Assembly (NCBI GenBank): GCA_023213395.1
Contig: CM041465.1
Coordinates: 162,261,741-162,325,740, forward strand
From: Cycas panzhihuaensis
Lineage: Eukaryota; Plantae; Cycadophyta
DNA: 64,000 nucleotides
Reading direction: 5' to 3'
Shown piece after piece: positions 21,581-36,521 of the stretch (position 1 is its first letter; each line of letters begins with the position of its first letter). The notes under the pieces are model-generated. The model saw only the letters and a program-made list of their open reading frames with translations, ran no database searches and was not told the DNA's origin. The position numbers were made by a program, and so were the translations under genes.

Positions 21581-23415
21581 CCTTTAGTGTCTAAGACTCT
21601 AAACTTAACTTCAAAACACTAACTACAAAGAGTCATAGGGACACCATGAAAAGTTGTGCATAAGAGGTAGTTATGAAAAGTGATGCCAAAAATGTGGCTT
21701 CTCATTGGAGAAATAAGCGACTACCTTATCAAAGAAGACTCCACCACATTCCAAGAAGTGGCTCCTTTACAGCTTCTTTCTATATAAGGACATGATGAGA
21801 AGAGCAAATCATCATGCTCTCTCTGACAAATGGAGAATATCGAGCTAAGGACATGGAGAGCATGTGAAGATATTGGGAGTTCTGGAGGTCTCCATCATTG
21901 ACATCACCATCATCCATTCATGGAAGGCCCTATAGTTTACATGAGGAGGAAGGTACCTCTTTGTATACATTACTTATTGTGTTAAATTTCTCTTTTCTTC
22001 CATTAGAATGTCACAAAAGGAAGGGCTTATGTAAATTTCTCTTTAAACATCAATAAAAGATATTTGTTTTGGTGTGAGGGTTATGTTGACTAGCATTTGG
22101 GATTGTATGACCTTGGTACAATTGTATGACTGCCATTAGGGCCATACAAAACACTGCCTAACCACATTAATATCTCAAGTATGTTGTGATTGAAATTTCA
22201 TTAGGTTTTATGGTGAAAATTGGCATTTTTTAAAGTATTTATGGGGCATACTAATGTGTACATAGGGGTCATATGTCCTACTATGCATACAAACAATATG
22301 ACCCTCATAAATATAGTGAAGAAGTCATTTATAGAAGTTTTATAAGCATTAGAATACATTTTATGAAATTTAGCTAGGGCTTCATGATAAAAAATGGTGC
22401 ATATGCATTAAAAAATCACCCAAAGGGGTACATTCATGACTATCCCAAGCTATAGATAGTGGTCATATGGCCTATTGTGTATATACACAATATCACAACA
22501 ATTTAAAGCACCCAATAGTTTGGTTTTGCATAGTTATGGTCATTAAAATTGGGTTTTGTGTGAAAATTGTAGGTTGCATGTCTAATAACGAAATAACGAT
22601 AGTGTTATGCATGCATCCATGTCCATTTTGGGGCAACAATAAATGAAAGTATTGTGGCTGGAAATAAAGTGCAGCCAATACTTCAAAAAATTAATGCAAT
22701 TAGAAACTGATTTATGCATAAGTTTGAGAGAATGTCACATAAGTGAATTATTATGTGATGGCCTAGTTGATCAAAACATATGCAATTAATGGCTAATATT
22801 GATTGTCAATTTTACTGAGTAAAATTAGAATATATACTGGCTAGAAATTGGGTACAACAATACAATTATAATGATGGATAGTGTGGTGAAAGAAATATGT
22901 ATGTAAAACGAGGGTTTTGGTTGCATTTATGCATGTTGCAATGTTGCGATGTTTAAAAAGTTAATGGAATGTTGTGTATAACCCATTAACAATGCTAAAT
23001 GTATATTAAATAATATTTGTGACAATTTCGTGAATTTGTGATATGATTAATATTTTGTCGTCCTTGCTTTGTGCACAAAAATTTCCTTGGAAAGATAAGA
23101 ACCTTCAGGCCTCAGAGTTTTCTCAAGAAGTTAGGACCTGAATTAGGCAAGAAGTGGTAAGAAGGAATGTCTTCTCCTCTTTTTCATTGATTTCTTTGAA
23201 AAGTTGTACATATTTATATAAACTCAAGTTAGTTTGTATGCGGGACATTCTGGTGTTCTATGCAGGACATGTCTCACCTGTGTACCGAATTAATAATTAG
23301 GTACTCTAAGTATCTTTACAATGTTATGTATGCCTAATTGATAATTAGGTACCTTAAGTACTCTTTTTATAATAAGACTAGGACTATACATAAATACTCA
23401 TCATTTCCTCCCTGC

Positions 23416-26400
23416 TTAAAAAGAAATTGGCCCCAATTTCTGTTGAAGATGGGAAAAATGGTCCTTGAGTGTTGATTCAGAGATCCATTTGGCTTTGGTG
23501 ATTAGAGTCCCTTTTTGACCAATGAGATATGTGGGTGTTGTGCGTTGTCGCGTCCATCGATGTCGAGTGTCAAGAATGGTGTCTTCAGAAAGAAAAGACT
23601 GGAAATTTGGAATTGTATTAATAGGATGAGCAAGAGGAGGTTCAACTTCCAAGTGCGGTGGCTCATATAACTTGAGTTGATTAATATTAACATCATGAAT
23701 ACCCATATGGGTAGGTAGATCAAGGTGAAAAGTGTTTGGTCCTATTACTTGAAGGATAGTATATGGACCAAACTGAATAGGTTTAAGCTTATGGTGATGC
23801 TTAAACTGTTTGCGATCAAGGTGAAGCCAAACTTTATCGCCAACTTTAAAGGAACCTGTAGAACAATGCTCATCCTGAGCAGATTTATATTTGACTTATG
23901 TTTGATGAAGTATCTGGCTAATCATGGAATGCAGTTTGGTCATATGATCAATAAAGGAAACAACTTTCTGTTGTTCTTTTTGTTCATGTTGTGTCACAGA
24001 AGAAGGTATGACAAGGGAGAGTTCATAAGGAGCAAGTGGTTGATACCCATAGCAAACTTCGAAGGGAGACTGTCCAAGAGAAACATGAGTTGCTTGATTA
24101 TAACTGTGCTGGATGTGATAAAGATGCGTGTCCTCCTGTTTATTGCTATGTTGGTAAATGTGAAGCGCATGTACCAAGGTGCAATTAACCACTTTTGTTT
24201 GTCCATCCGTCTGAGGATGGAACGATGTTGAAAACTTTAGTTGACAACCAAGCATCTTCCATAGAGATTTCCAAAAATAGCTGAGAAATCAACTATCCCT
24301 ATCGGAAATTATAGAAGGGGTAAGTCCATAATGAGTCCGAACATGTTGAAAAAACAAGTTTGTAGTGTGAGAAGCAAAAATGTTTTTTGTGCAGGGAATA
24401 AAAATCACCATATTGGAAAACTGACAAATGATGACAAATATGCAGTCGTGACCATGTTGAGTTGTAGGAAGTTCACTGACGAAGTGGCTGATAAAGTCCA
24501 AGTTTGCAATTAGATGGTTTTGACTGACTGCAGAGAGCAGCGTCGTACATAGTCTTCAACTGTCTTTTGCATAGAAGGCCAGTAAAAATATCGTTGAAGA
24601 TGCTGAAGAGTTTTATGTGTTCCAAAGTGTCCACCACAAGTCAAAGAATGAGCCTCCTTAAGTATCTGTTATCGCGGAGTACTCATAGGAACACACAGAC
24701 AATTCACTTTGTAGAGGAGTCCATTTTTGAGATGATAATCTAAAAAAGGCTCAAGATTGGTTTGTGTGGGTTGAGACAAAGCAGTAAGGATAGGACCAAA
24801 TTGGGGATTAGAAGGAAGAAAGTGTTGCCATTCAGAATATGGGCTGAGTGTGGTATTGAGGAAGGTGGCCAAAGCTAGGGTGGGAGGCTGACTAAGGAAA
24901 TCAGCTACTTTGTTAGAAACTCCTTTTTTATATTTAATGACTAGTTGGAATTGTTGAATATAAAAAGCCCACTTAAGATGTCTATGTTCTTGGATTTTGG
25001 ATTGGGAGTTAAGAAACTGTAGGGGTTGGTGATCATTGTGAACAATGATTTCATTGCCAAGGAGAAAGTGTCTCCAATGACATAAGGCTTGTACAAGGGC
25101 ATAAAATTCTTTGTCATAAGTACTGTAGTTGAGTTTGGCTTGGGAGAAGGTTTCATAATAATAAGCAATGGGATGTCCTCCCTGTTTAAGAATAACACCA
25201 AGGGCAAATTGGGAAGCATCAGTTTCTAGTTCAAAGGGTTGAGTGAGATATGGAAGACGAAGAACAAGTGTAGTATAGAGGGCAACTTTGAGTTTTTGGA
25301 AAGCTGATTCAGCAAAAGAGTTCTAGACAAAACTTGTGGAATTTTTGGTAAGAATATTGAGTGGATGTGCAATGCTAGAAAAGTGAGAAATGAATTTCTT
25401 ATAAAAGTTGACAAAACTAAGAAAACTTTTGAGCTCAATTAGAATAGAAGGGGTTGGCCATTGCTAAATTATTTGCACCTTTTCTGGATCAACATGGATG
25501 CCATCCTTGTCCATGATGAATCCCGGATAAGAGATAGAGTTCTGTGCGAAGAAACATTTCTTGAATTTAGCTTTGAGATGATGTTGTCATAATAAAGCCA
25601 TGGCCGTATCGACATGATGTAGATGTGCTTCTAAATTGTCGCTGAAGACCAAGATATCATCAAGATAGGCAATGATGAATTTACACAAATGAGGGCGAAA
25701 AATATCATTGATAAGTCGCATAAAGTAGTAGGAGCATTAGTCAAACCAAAAGGCATGACTAACCACTCATAAAGGCCATATTGAGTCTTGAAGGCTATTT
25801 CCCATGTGTCCTGAGTGTCGAATCGAACTTGATGGTATCCAGAGGCCAAGTCAATTTTAGTAAAATATTTGGCTCCCTTGAGATGATCTAATAAATCATC
25901 AATGTGCGGCAGTGCATACTGATTTTTAATAGTGATTTTGTTAAGAGCTCTATAGTCAATACACAAATGCCATTCTTTATCCTTTTTTGGAATGAGAATT
26001 GCAGTTGAACCACAAGGAGAACAACTGGGTTGAATTTTACATTTATCAATCAACTGAGCCAATTGGCGCTCCAATCAACATGAGTGAGAGGAGTAGTGTG
26101 ATATGGAGCTTGATTGGGAAGTGGAGAACTTGGAACAAGATTAATAGAATGTTGCACAACATGTATGGGAGGTAGTCCCTTAGGTTCTACAAAAACATCA
26201 GAGTATACATCCAAAAGAGATTTTACTGTTTTAGGAGGCATTTTAATACAATTTTCCTTTTCTACTTGTTGGATTACACAAAGTACCATTTGCTTAGAGG
26301 TGCTAGCAAGTTTGATTGCAGGATTGCTTGTGATGACAGCCAAGGATGGAGAAGCACTATCTGCAGAAGTTAGTTTATATGCCTTCCCATTTTTATGTAG

Positions 26401-27682
26401 CATATAGGTGTTATGATATCCATCATATAATGCCCATCGATCATGTTCATAAGGGCGTCCCAAGAGAATGTCGTTGCAATCCATAGGAGTCACATCACAA
26501 TCGACTATATGCAAAAACGGTGGAATAGCAAAAGTAACATGTACATGTTGTTGACCACCATTATATGACCATTGGCTTTTACCCACTCGAGAGTATAAGG
26601 TTAGGGTGTGGCTTGGTCACCAATTATAAAGAATCCATTAATGTTTAGGAGACCAAGTTCTTCATGCTTCCATTATCAATGATACAAAGAGACAAGTGGT
26701 CCTTAATTTGACAATTTTGTGTGAAAAGTCTCTCTTTGAGAAGCAGGATATTCAGTGGTCATCAGCACAAGATGTGGATTTGGAGCTTGCAAATTAGGGA
26801 CCTCTATGATGTCAGTGGATTCTGTTGGTGCCTGATGTTCAGTGATCAAAATGTGAGATTTATGTTGTGCTCGACATTCAGCATCTGTATGGCCTTGGCT
26901 CTTGTGAAAAGAACAATATTTTTTTGTATTAACCATCTGCAACACATTAATTGCTTTGGAAGTTGAGGCTGATGCTGGAGATGGCCATGCTCTTTGTTGC
27001 AACTTGTTTTCAATTTTGAGAGCAAATTGATAAGTAGCTTCAAGTGTAGGAATCTAAAGAAGAGCCATTTCACATTACAAAGATGAAAAGAGTCCTCCAA
27101 TAAATTTCAATTTGAGAATGTGGTCAGGGTCAGAGACTTTTAACTGGATAGAAAGCTTGACGAACTCATCAATGTATTGTTGAACTGTTTGGCCTACAAT
27201 TTGTCGGAGATGAAGCGATCGTGTAGTGAGTCGATCAATGTATCCCAAAGGATAGAATCAACTATGAACAACATTTTTAAATTTTGCCCATGAAATAAGT
27301 AGTTTATGACAGGAGTATGCCTGCCACTATGCTAAGGCCTGTTCTGCCATATGTACTTCACCAACCATTATTTTTTGTGCTTCTATGAATTGCTGTGTCT
27401 TGAAATAGGCTTCCAGACTTCGAAGCCATGCATCTAATTTATCTGCATTCATCGTGCCTTCAAAAAGTGAAATACTAATTTAACATCCAATTTGAATGGA
27501 GATGATTGAATTAGAACGGTTGTTGGGATTTTCTATTGATGCAAGATTTGTTGAAATATGGTCATCATGTTGGTGACCAAATTTTGCTGAAAAGTTTGAG
27601 CATCCTGACGTTGATCATGAAGCTCTTGGCTTAAGAGTTTAGTGATGTCCAGATGTGATTGGTCCTCTTGATCAAGAGACAT
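23416..27682 (-). pseudogene. gag-pol: G2 gag-pol (Gag, PR, RT, RH, INT, chromodomain-like tail), decayed
   Basis: [87 protein letters not shown]. Confidence 0.9.
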
Positions 27683-27684
27683 GA

Positions 27685-27870
27685 TTTTATGTAGGGTACA
27701 CCTGCCCATGAAAAGGGCTTATGGCAATATGCCCGAAAAATTACAAATGTAAATTTGTACAGGGTATGCCTGCTTGTGGAGAGAGTTTATGGCAATATTC
27801 CTGATTAAGTACAAATGAGAATTTGTATGGGGTACGCTTGCCTGTGGAGAGGGCTTATGGCAATATACTT
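27685..27870. repeat. ~68-bp tandem repeat (about 2.7 copies) directly upstream of the G2 gag ATG
   Basis: Recurring gggta..cctg...tggagagggcttatggcaatat units, with tacaaat...atttgta inverted repeats. Confidence 0.8.
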
Positions 27871-30101
27871 GCCTTTTTTTGTTTTTTTCAATATTTATGT
27901 ATGTATATAGATGTGTGGAGCTCAAAAGACCTGAGAATATGAAAGGAAAAGTTTTTGTTTTCCTGGAAAAAAAAACCATAATGTCTAAAAGTACAGTTCC
28001 GTACGACTACAGTTGTATGGAAATGTATGGTAAAAAATGAAAGTATGTCTCAAATGAAAGGTTGTTTAGATGCCTATCCAAATCTGCAGTCAGTATTTTA
28101 TTCAACTGTCTTGTTTTACAGATATTCACATTTGAAGGAATTTCGGCGACTAGGTTTTCAAAGCTATTTTTGCTCGTTTCAAAAAAAAATACCAAATTTA
28201 ATGTGGCAAATCTATATTCAAAAGAGAGATATGTTCATTACGAAGGTTTTAAGACCAGTTTGAAGGAATTTGCATAAGTTTTTGAAGAGTAATCTGCATT
28301 TAAATCCTTAAACCTGCGCCCTTTGTTTTTCTTCAATTTCTCAAATTTTGAGCAAGATTCTGGCTTCGGTCCTTTGAGGAAGTTTGTTGTCCATACTATT
28401 ATGCACTTACTGGTGAAATTTCATTAGTTTCTGAGCACTTTGATTTTTTGTCTATACGATTGTTCGTACTCTTCTGCAACATCTGAAAAAAAAAATTCTG
28501 GGTCTTCTTTAGGCAACTAATTTGGCTCTAATACCAAAATTGATATGATTAATGTTTTTCCCTCCTTGCTTTGTGCACAAAAATTTTGCTGGAAAGATAA
28601 GAACCTTCGGGCCTTAGAGTTTTCTCAAGAAGTCAGAACCTGAATTAGGCCATAGGAAGTGGTAAGAAGGAATGTCTTCTCCTCTTTTCCATTGACTCCT
28701 TTGAAAAGTTCGACATATTTATACAAACTCAAGTTAGTTTGTATGTGGGACATTCTAGTGTTCTATGTAGGACATGTGTCACTCATGTACCTAATTAATA
28801 ATTAGGTACCCTAAGTATCTTTACAATGTTATGTATGCCTAATTGATAATTAGGTACCTTAAGTACCCTTTTTACAATAAGACTAGGACTATACATAAAT
28901 ACTCATCAATTTGGTGGGTGCCATAACAGATTAATGTTCAATGGCTTTTAAACCCCAACACTATGTGATGCTAATTTATGAGCAATGCAAGTTATTATAT
29001 TGTACTTGCATGATTGTAATAACATATTTAAGTTGTTCAAATGTTTTCCATGGTTAATTAAGAGGGGACCAATGTTACATAACCACACTTGTAAATTAAA
29101 AGTCAAACCTCCAACATTAAAAACGAAAACTATGGGTTAGTCCCAACTACTCCAATGATTATGTATCTAAGTGGATTGAGTACTTGGAGACCAAATGCAT
29201 AGAGTATTTGGTGAAGTAGGCCACAAGCAAATGTGCTAGGCATTTGTTGCCAAGTGGCTTTATAGGCATATGTTACAATGAAGTGGGAAAAACCTTTAAG
29301 GAATGGAATGAGTTGAGTTGCCATGATATATCCAGAGACCAATGTGACCAAAGTACAAATATGGTTAACTATCTTGATAAGTGGTATAGAGAGATTGTCA
29401 ATCTGCACTAGTGGATTGCACTCACTTGATAGGTCAAGGAGTGGACAACTCCCTTGAAGATAGGTCTTTTCAATTAGATAACTGGTTATTCCCCTAAATG
29501 GTGCAATTAATAAATGGGAAACAAGTGCCATTGTGTTTTCCCAAAATAAAACCATGTAACACAAGTTTCTTTGCTATGTTTGGAATTTAATTAGAATCAC
29601 CATTAATATTGTGGAATCCCCTTGTGTGTTGAGAGGGGTTGTTAAGACCCGTTTCTTAGGCAATGGCCAAAGAAGGATTTTAAGGCATTAAAGGATAACA
29701 ATGACCATTTGTTAGTATTGCCTTAGTGTCCAAAATTGAGATCAAGATACCATTTCTATATTTGGTGTGTGGGAACACCACATCAAGATGGGCATTGCAG
29801 AGGGAGGGCATGCTAAGGTGTAGTTCTAGCCTTGGGCTAAGGGCAATGCATATGGAAATGCTTCATGTGGAGTTATGCCACATGGAACTTTCATTCCAAA
29901 CTTTAACATGAATTTAACCTTCTTAAACTTGGTAAATGAAACTAACTGAATCTTTTTCATGTCTGTTTACAAAATAATGAGGGAGAAGTTCCTAGGGAAG
30001 TGGCGATTTGCGATAGCATGTAAAACCAAGATGTAATTCATTGTCCATAGAGAAGTGTTCTAAGTTATCTCATAGTATTGTCGACCATTTGAGGTCTCAT
30101 A

Positions 30102-33100
30102 TGTAGTGAAAGCTTTTATCTTATTTTAGAAATAACCTAGAGATTCATAGATACCGATCTAATATATACTCAAACAAATCTCATCAATCTCAAATAATAA
30201 CAAATGTTGGAATTACACCATAAACACGAGAGTAAAGTAATGGAAATAGTACAAATAAAAGGTAAATATATTGTCCAGAAATAATACTGTAAAGTACAAA
30301 AATATACAATAGAATGTCCTTACTGAATGCTTGTCCCTTTGAGGAGGGAATCCTCCAAATATCTTAGACCAAAAGGCCGAGCCAGTTGTAGCCCTAAAGC
30401 TAAAAATATGGAAGAGATCAACTGAAAATGATATGATAGAATAAGGGCTTTGATCCCTATATATAATGGTCAATTATTATCTAGCTTGAAGTCGTCTAGA
30501 ACTAGGATAGTTCACTGGAAGTGAAGCATGAATGAAGTCGTCCAGAAGACAGGCTTATAGGTCAGCCAACACTCCCAATCTTGCGCTCATTTCTAGGGGT
30601 TAAGTCGACTGATAGCCCCCTAAAGGGAGGGGTCATCCAGAACACAACAAGCCCCCCCCCTTGAAAGCATGCTTTTCCCTCAAAGCATCGGTACTTTTGG
30701 AAATTGTTGTATCCACTCGTCTGACTCCCATGTCGCGTATTCTGCATCCAACATCTGCCACTTTATGAGGTATTCTTTGATTTGTCTTGTTTGAAGTTGC
30801 CTAGTGCGAGTTTGGAGTATCCCCTCTGGTTCTAGTATAATCTTTCCTTCTCCATTGAGTTTTGGCAAGGATGTTTGTGGTACTACCTTGTCGCCAATCT
30901 TTTTCTTTAGGCATGAAACATGAAAAGTGTCATGGATCTTGCTTGTTGTCGGCGACTTAAGTTTGTAGGCTACTTTCCCAATTCTGTCCAGTACTTGATA
31001 TGGTCCAAAATATTGAGGAGCGAGCTTTTGTGTATTCATCTTGCTCAATGATGTTTGTTTGTATGGTTGCAACTAGACGAAAACCTAGTCGTCCTTCTGG
31101 AAGCTCTTTTCGGATCGTTGCACATCTGCTTACTGCTTCATTCTATTCCTTGCCATCGCCAAATTATCCTTAAGAATTCTAACCGTGTCTTCCATCTGCT
31201 TTTGGTGTTCTTGGACAACTTAAACATGGGACGATCTATTCCATGTCAATAGAGATGACAGTTGGTATCCGTAAAGAGCCTGGAATGGTGTCATCCTGAT
31301 GGAAGAGTAGTATGTTATATTATACCAATAGTTGGCTAAATGCAGCTACTTGTGCCACTGATTTTATTTATCCAAGCAGGAATTCCTCAAATAGCCTTCC
31401 AGACATTTGTTGACTCTTTATCTGTCCATCCGTTTGAGGATGATAAGCTATGCTCCTATTCAATTTTGTACCTACAATTTTGAATGTCCTTCCAAAATTT
31501 ACTAGTGAACTTTGGGTCCCTAGCACTAACAATAGTTTTAAGAAACCCATATAATCTATGGATTTCTTTCATATATAGTTCTGCAACATCACTTGCCATT
31601 GTTGTTGACTGTAGCCCTCGAAAATGACTATATTTTGTTAATCTATCGACCGTGACAAAGATGGCATCTTTACCTTCTAATTTTAGGAGACTTGTAATAA
31701 AATCCATTAAAATTTCTTCCCACTTTTGGTTGGGAATATGTAGGGGTTGTAGTAGACCGGGGTCTTTACACGTTCTACCTTGTTTCGTTGATAAGTATTG
31801 CATTCTGTCACGAATTTTTGGACGTCTGATTTCAAGCCCTTCCAAAAGTAAGATACTTTTATCTTCCGATATGTCTTGTCTATACCAGTGTGGCTTGCTT
31901 CTAGGACTGAATGTGCTTCTTGCAATATAATTCCTTTTAATTTGGAATTTTTAGGAATACATATTTTGTTGTTCCTAAGAATCATATTGCCCTTTTGCTG
32001 GTATCTATCTGAATCACTTCCCTTGATGTTATCTAAGAGTTTTTGGTACCTTGGATCTGTGATATATTTAGTTCTGATGGATTTTAACTATGAGGGCATA
32101 ATTGTTGATATCAACTGCAATTAAGGACCTTCCTTTGTTTCATCTGGGATTCGTGATAATGCGTCTACTATAATATTCTCTTTTACTTTCTTATATACTG
32201 TCATGAAGTCAAAATTCTGTAATTTACTAATCCATTTTTGTTGCTCATTAGACAATGTCTTCTGTTTGAGGAAGTATTTCAAACTATCATGATCCATGTG
32301 CACTTGAAATGAATTTCCCATTAGATATTGTCACCATTGTTGGATGGCGTGCATGATTGTGAGCATCTCCTTATCATAAATTGGTTTGAGTTTTTCTCTC
32401 TTATTCAACTTTTGACTCTCATAAGCTATTGGTCGTTCATCTTGGAGTAAGATTGCCCCTATTCCAAATCCTGATGCATCACACTCCAGTACAAACGGTT
32501 TTGAAAAATTGGATGTTGCTAAGATTGGAACTGTTACCATGGCTTTCTTGAGATCACCAAATGCTTCTTCTGCTTTCGGGTTCCAAGCAAACACGTTTTT
32601 CTTGGTTAAGTCTATGAGTGGAGCTGCTAGGTGCGCAGAACCCTTTATGAACTTCTTAACAAATCCTGCTATCCCCAAGAACCATTGAACTGCTATAACA
32701 CTTGCTGGGGTTGGCCAATTAACAATTGCTTGTATCTTCTTTGGGTCAATCCTTATGCCTTCTCTAGTTATGATGTGGCCTAAGTATTCTAGTTTCTCCT
32801 TTGCAAACGAACATTTCTTCTTGTTGGTAAAGAATTGATTATTACATAGAATTTCGAAAACAATTCTTAGGTTTTTTAAATGCTCCTCCCATGTTTTACT
32901 ATAGATTAAAATATCATCTAAGAAGATTAACACAAATTTGTGTAACACTTGCTTGAAGGTATTGTTCATGGTGCTTTGAAAAGTTGTCAGTGCGTTCGTT
33001 AATCCAAACAACATTACCCTAAATTCGAATAGGCCTTCATGTGTTCTGAATGCTATCTTGTACACGTCTTCTTCCCTTATCTGGATTTGATGATATCCTC

Positions 33101-35910
33101 AGCGTAAGTCAATTTTTGAGAAGTACTTTGCTCCATGGATTTCGTCTACTAAATTGTTAATGCACGGGATCGAATACTTGTTATTGACTGTTAGTTGATT
33201 GAGACTGCAGTAATCTACACACATTCTATATGAGTCATCCTTCTTTGAGTTAATAATAATTAGGGATGCAAATGGGCTTGCGTTGGTTGTAATACTTCCT
33301 TGCTATAGTCATTCCCTTGAAATTTTCTTGATTCCCTTGTGATTTTCTTGATTTCTTTCCATAAATGATACAGATGCCTATAGGGCCGAATGTTGATAGG
33401 CACTGCACCTGGTACAAGTTCAATTGCGTGTCGATTTTGTCGAAGAGCCGATAATCCTTTTGGTTTCTTGAAAAATGTCTTGTACTCTTCTATAATTTGT
33501 TGAACCCCTGGTGGAATATCCTCGATTTCGACCTTATAGCATGTCATAATGTATGCTGATGTGTTTTTTCTGAGGAGCTTTGCTATTCAATGTGATGAAA
33601 CCAATTGTACTGGTGGTGTTACCGGTGCCTGTAATCTGTATTTATGCCCTCCCTGGCGAAAGCACATAAATTTGGTCATATAATTAGTGACTACATTACC
33701 CAATGTTTGAAGCCACTAAATTCCCAATACTACGTCCATGCCGGCAATTTGCCTTGCAAACATGCATATGCTTGTGGAATATTCCTCTATTTATAAGTTG
33801 ATTTTTCTGTAGAAACCTCTACACAGTACTGTTTTCCCATTGGCAATTGATACTTGGAATGTGTTTATTGGTTCTATTTTAATTCCAAGCTTCTTTGTAG
33901 TTGTCGTGTTTATAAAATTGGTGTACTGCCACTATCGACTAGTATTATGATAGGCGCCCCTTTAATCATCCCTTGGAACTAGAGTGTCTGCAGGTTGACA
34001 CTTTGTCCTATAATTGCTTGTAGTGAAATGTGTATGTTTTCTGTATCTAGTTTTAATAGTTCATTGACTTCATGTTCTTTTGGCTTTTCTTCGACTTCTC
34101 ATGAATTTCTTTGGTTGCTTATTCTTGCTCTGATATTGTCGTGTCTTCGGTATTGATCATGTATACCTTTTGCCAGTGTATTGATGTTCGCAATTCTACT
34201 TTGAACTAGATTTGAAACAAGTTCCTTTCTTCATATGTTCTTCTTTCATTGTTGTCTCTTGATTATTTCTAATCGCTAATGGAGCCTCGACTTTAGTTCT
34301 TGACCTGTTCCAATTTGGGTTAAATCCCTACGAGCTTTCCGTTTTGCATGTGAATGTAGGTCTAGTCTCCCGCAATTTTGCTTCCACACATCGTGTTGTC
34401 TCGATTGTTGAATCTAATGTAGGTACCTCCATTGCTTTTAGACGATATCTTATTGGAGGTTTCAATCCACTAATGTACATTTCTAGAAGGAGTTCTAGTA
34501 ACATTGTTAATTGAATTAGACATTGTAACACTTGAAACTATTTGGTAAACTCTTGGACTAAGCTTGTTTGCTGTAATCTTGTCAACTGGGCGAAATAGTC
34601 TGTACTCCATGAATCTTCATATTGGGTTACAAGCCCATGTTTCATGTTGTGTTAGCTTTCTGCTTGTTTCCCACTTGTTTGAAGCCACCATGAATACCAT
34701 TTCAAAGCTCGACTGTATAAATGTAGTGATGCCAAGGATACTTGCTCATTTTCTAGTATTGCGTAGATTGAGAAATAGGTCTCCATTTGTAAAATCCATC
34801 CGCTTATATTTCTTGATTTATCGAGGTCAAACTTTTCCAAGGTGATCTTTGCCATTGTTGCCCGATTGTTACTTTTGAGATTTCTTCTTTAATATTCTCC
34901 TCCTATTTTAAATCTTCCTTGTTCTATTTTGCCTTGGGGATCTGAGTTTTCACCTTCCTTTTCCTGTTTGGCCCATATTGGTTTTTCTTGTGGTCTGTCC
35001 AGCTTGAGGTTAATTTTGTCCATGAGGGCCGTGAGGGTCGCTAAAGAAGATAGGATTTCCTTCCCTACCTCGTCTGAAGCGGTTTGATCCTGACCGGATT
35101 GGCCTTGGGTGGTTGACATCTTCTTTCGTTGTATAATCTTCTTAGAGCATAACTCCGTTTGTGCTCTTCTCAAGGTCCACCGGTGGGGTGGGTGGGAAAA
35201 TTTTTCACTTCCTTCTCACCAAACTATCACCTTCCTTCCTTGAAGGGCTGACTGCTGCGAACGTGAATAGACTATCTTGATCCCCCTCCAGAAAAAAATT
35301 TGACTATATTCTTAGAAGGTACGCTTCCACACGATAGCTTCAACAAAGCTCTGATACCACTTGTAGCGAACGCTTTTATCTTATTTTAGAAATAACTTGG
35401 AGATTCACAGATACTAATCTAATATATGCTTAAACAGATCTCATCAATCTCAAATAATAATAAATATTGGAATTACACCATAAACACCGAAGTAAAGTAA
35501 TGGAAACAATACAAACAAAAGGTAAATATATTGTCCAAAAATAATACTGGAAAGTACAAAAATATACAACAAAATGTCCTTACTAAATGCTTGTCCCTTC
35601 AAGGCGGGAATCCTCCAAATATCTTAGACCAAAAGGCTAAGCCAATTGCAGCCCTAAAGCTGAAAATATGGAAGAGATCAACCGAAAATGATATGATAGA
35701 ATGAGGGCTTTTATCCCTATATATAATGATCAATTATTATGCTGTTTGAAGTCGGCTAGAACTGGGACAGTTCACTGGAAGTGAACCATGAATGAAGTTG
35801 GCCAGAAGACAAGCTTACAGGCTGACGAATACTCCCAATCCTGCGCTCATTTCTAGGGGTTTAAGTCAGATGATAGGCCCCTAAAGAGAGGGGTCATCCA
35901 GAATGCAACA
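30102..35910 (-). mobile_element. Full-length Gypsy chromovirus G3 (Reina-like, tentative) with both LTRs
   Basis: LTRs 30102-30649 and 35362-35910; PBS TGGTATCAGAGC 35348-35359; G-run PPT next to 30650; flanks tcata/tcgaa (degenerate TSD). Confidence 0.93.
30680..35173 (-). pseudogene. gag-pol: G3 gag-pol with a C-terminal chromodomain, decayed
   Basis: GWILQMETYF, RT FLDDILIYSK, RNase H LECDASGFGIGA, MDFITSL, YHPQTDGQ, GPY, chromodomain EPEGILQTR...EYLIKW...ATWE. Confidence 0.92.
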
Positions 35911-36521
35911 TCGAAAAAGGTTGGCGATTTGGCGTATTGTCTTTGGTTGCCATCACATGTGAGGGTACACTTAATCTTCCATGTTAATTATTTAGTGAAA
36001 GCCATATCGTGTTTTGACAACAAGATTCCTATGATAGTATATGTCTAAGATATTGATCTTGCAGTTCATGAACTACGAGTTTAGATACTTGAACCCAAAA
36101 ATTGCGAAGCAAATAAAATACTGAGTACTAGGTATAATGGATAGATCAACTAATTGAGGAGGTCACTTGGGCGTCTAAAGCCTTTGTAAAGGCAAACAAC
36201 TTGTCATCCATGGATCATTGAAGGCAATGATCTTGCAAAGGGAGGGATAATGTTACATACCAAAAGTACACCATGTATTATTATTATAACCTTAAGGAGG
36301 ACTTTGATGCATTGTTGAAGGAGAAGAAAGCATAGATTGAGAGCTCTTATCGAATAATAGATGACTAAATTGAATGAAACGTAGAACTAAGAAAGTTATA
36401 CCTAAAGGTCTCATTATGCCAACCATTCCTCCATTATCATAATCATTCCTCTTGGCACAAGCTGTTCCAAAGACTGATTCATTTTGCTACCACCGTTCCT
36501 GAACCTATCTAGAAGAGTTCT

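Larger units (their letters stand above)
23039..28908 (-). mobile_element. Full-length Gypsy chromovirus G2 with both LTRs and a 5-bp TSD
   Basis: LTRs 23039-23403 and 28541-28908; TSD ATTTG on both sides (23034-23038, 28909-28913); PBS TGGTATTAGAGC 28525-28536; PPT next to 23404. Confidence 0.95.

Noticed and set aside
27685-27870. CRISPR-like array
   Set aside because: Contiguous tandem units without unique spacers, in eukaryotic retroelement context.
29130-29564. 144-aa minus-strand ORF as a host gene
   Set aside because: No recognisable motif or gene structure. It lies in AT-rich sequence between nested elements.
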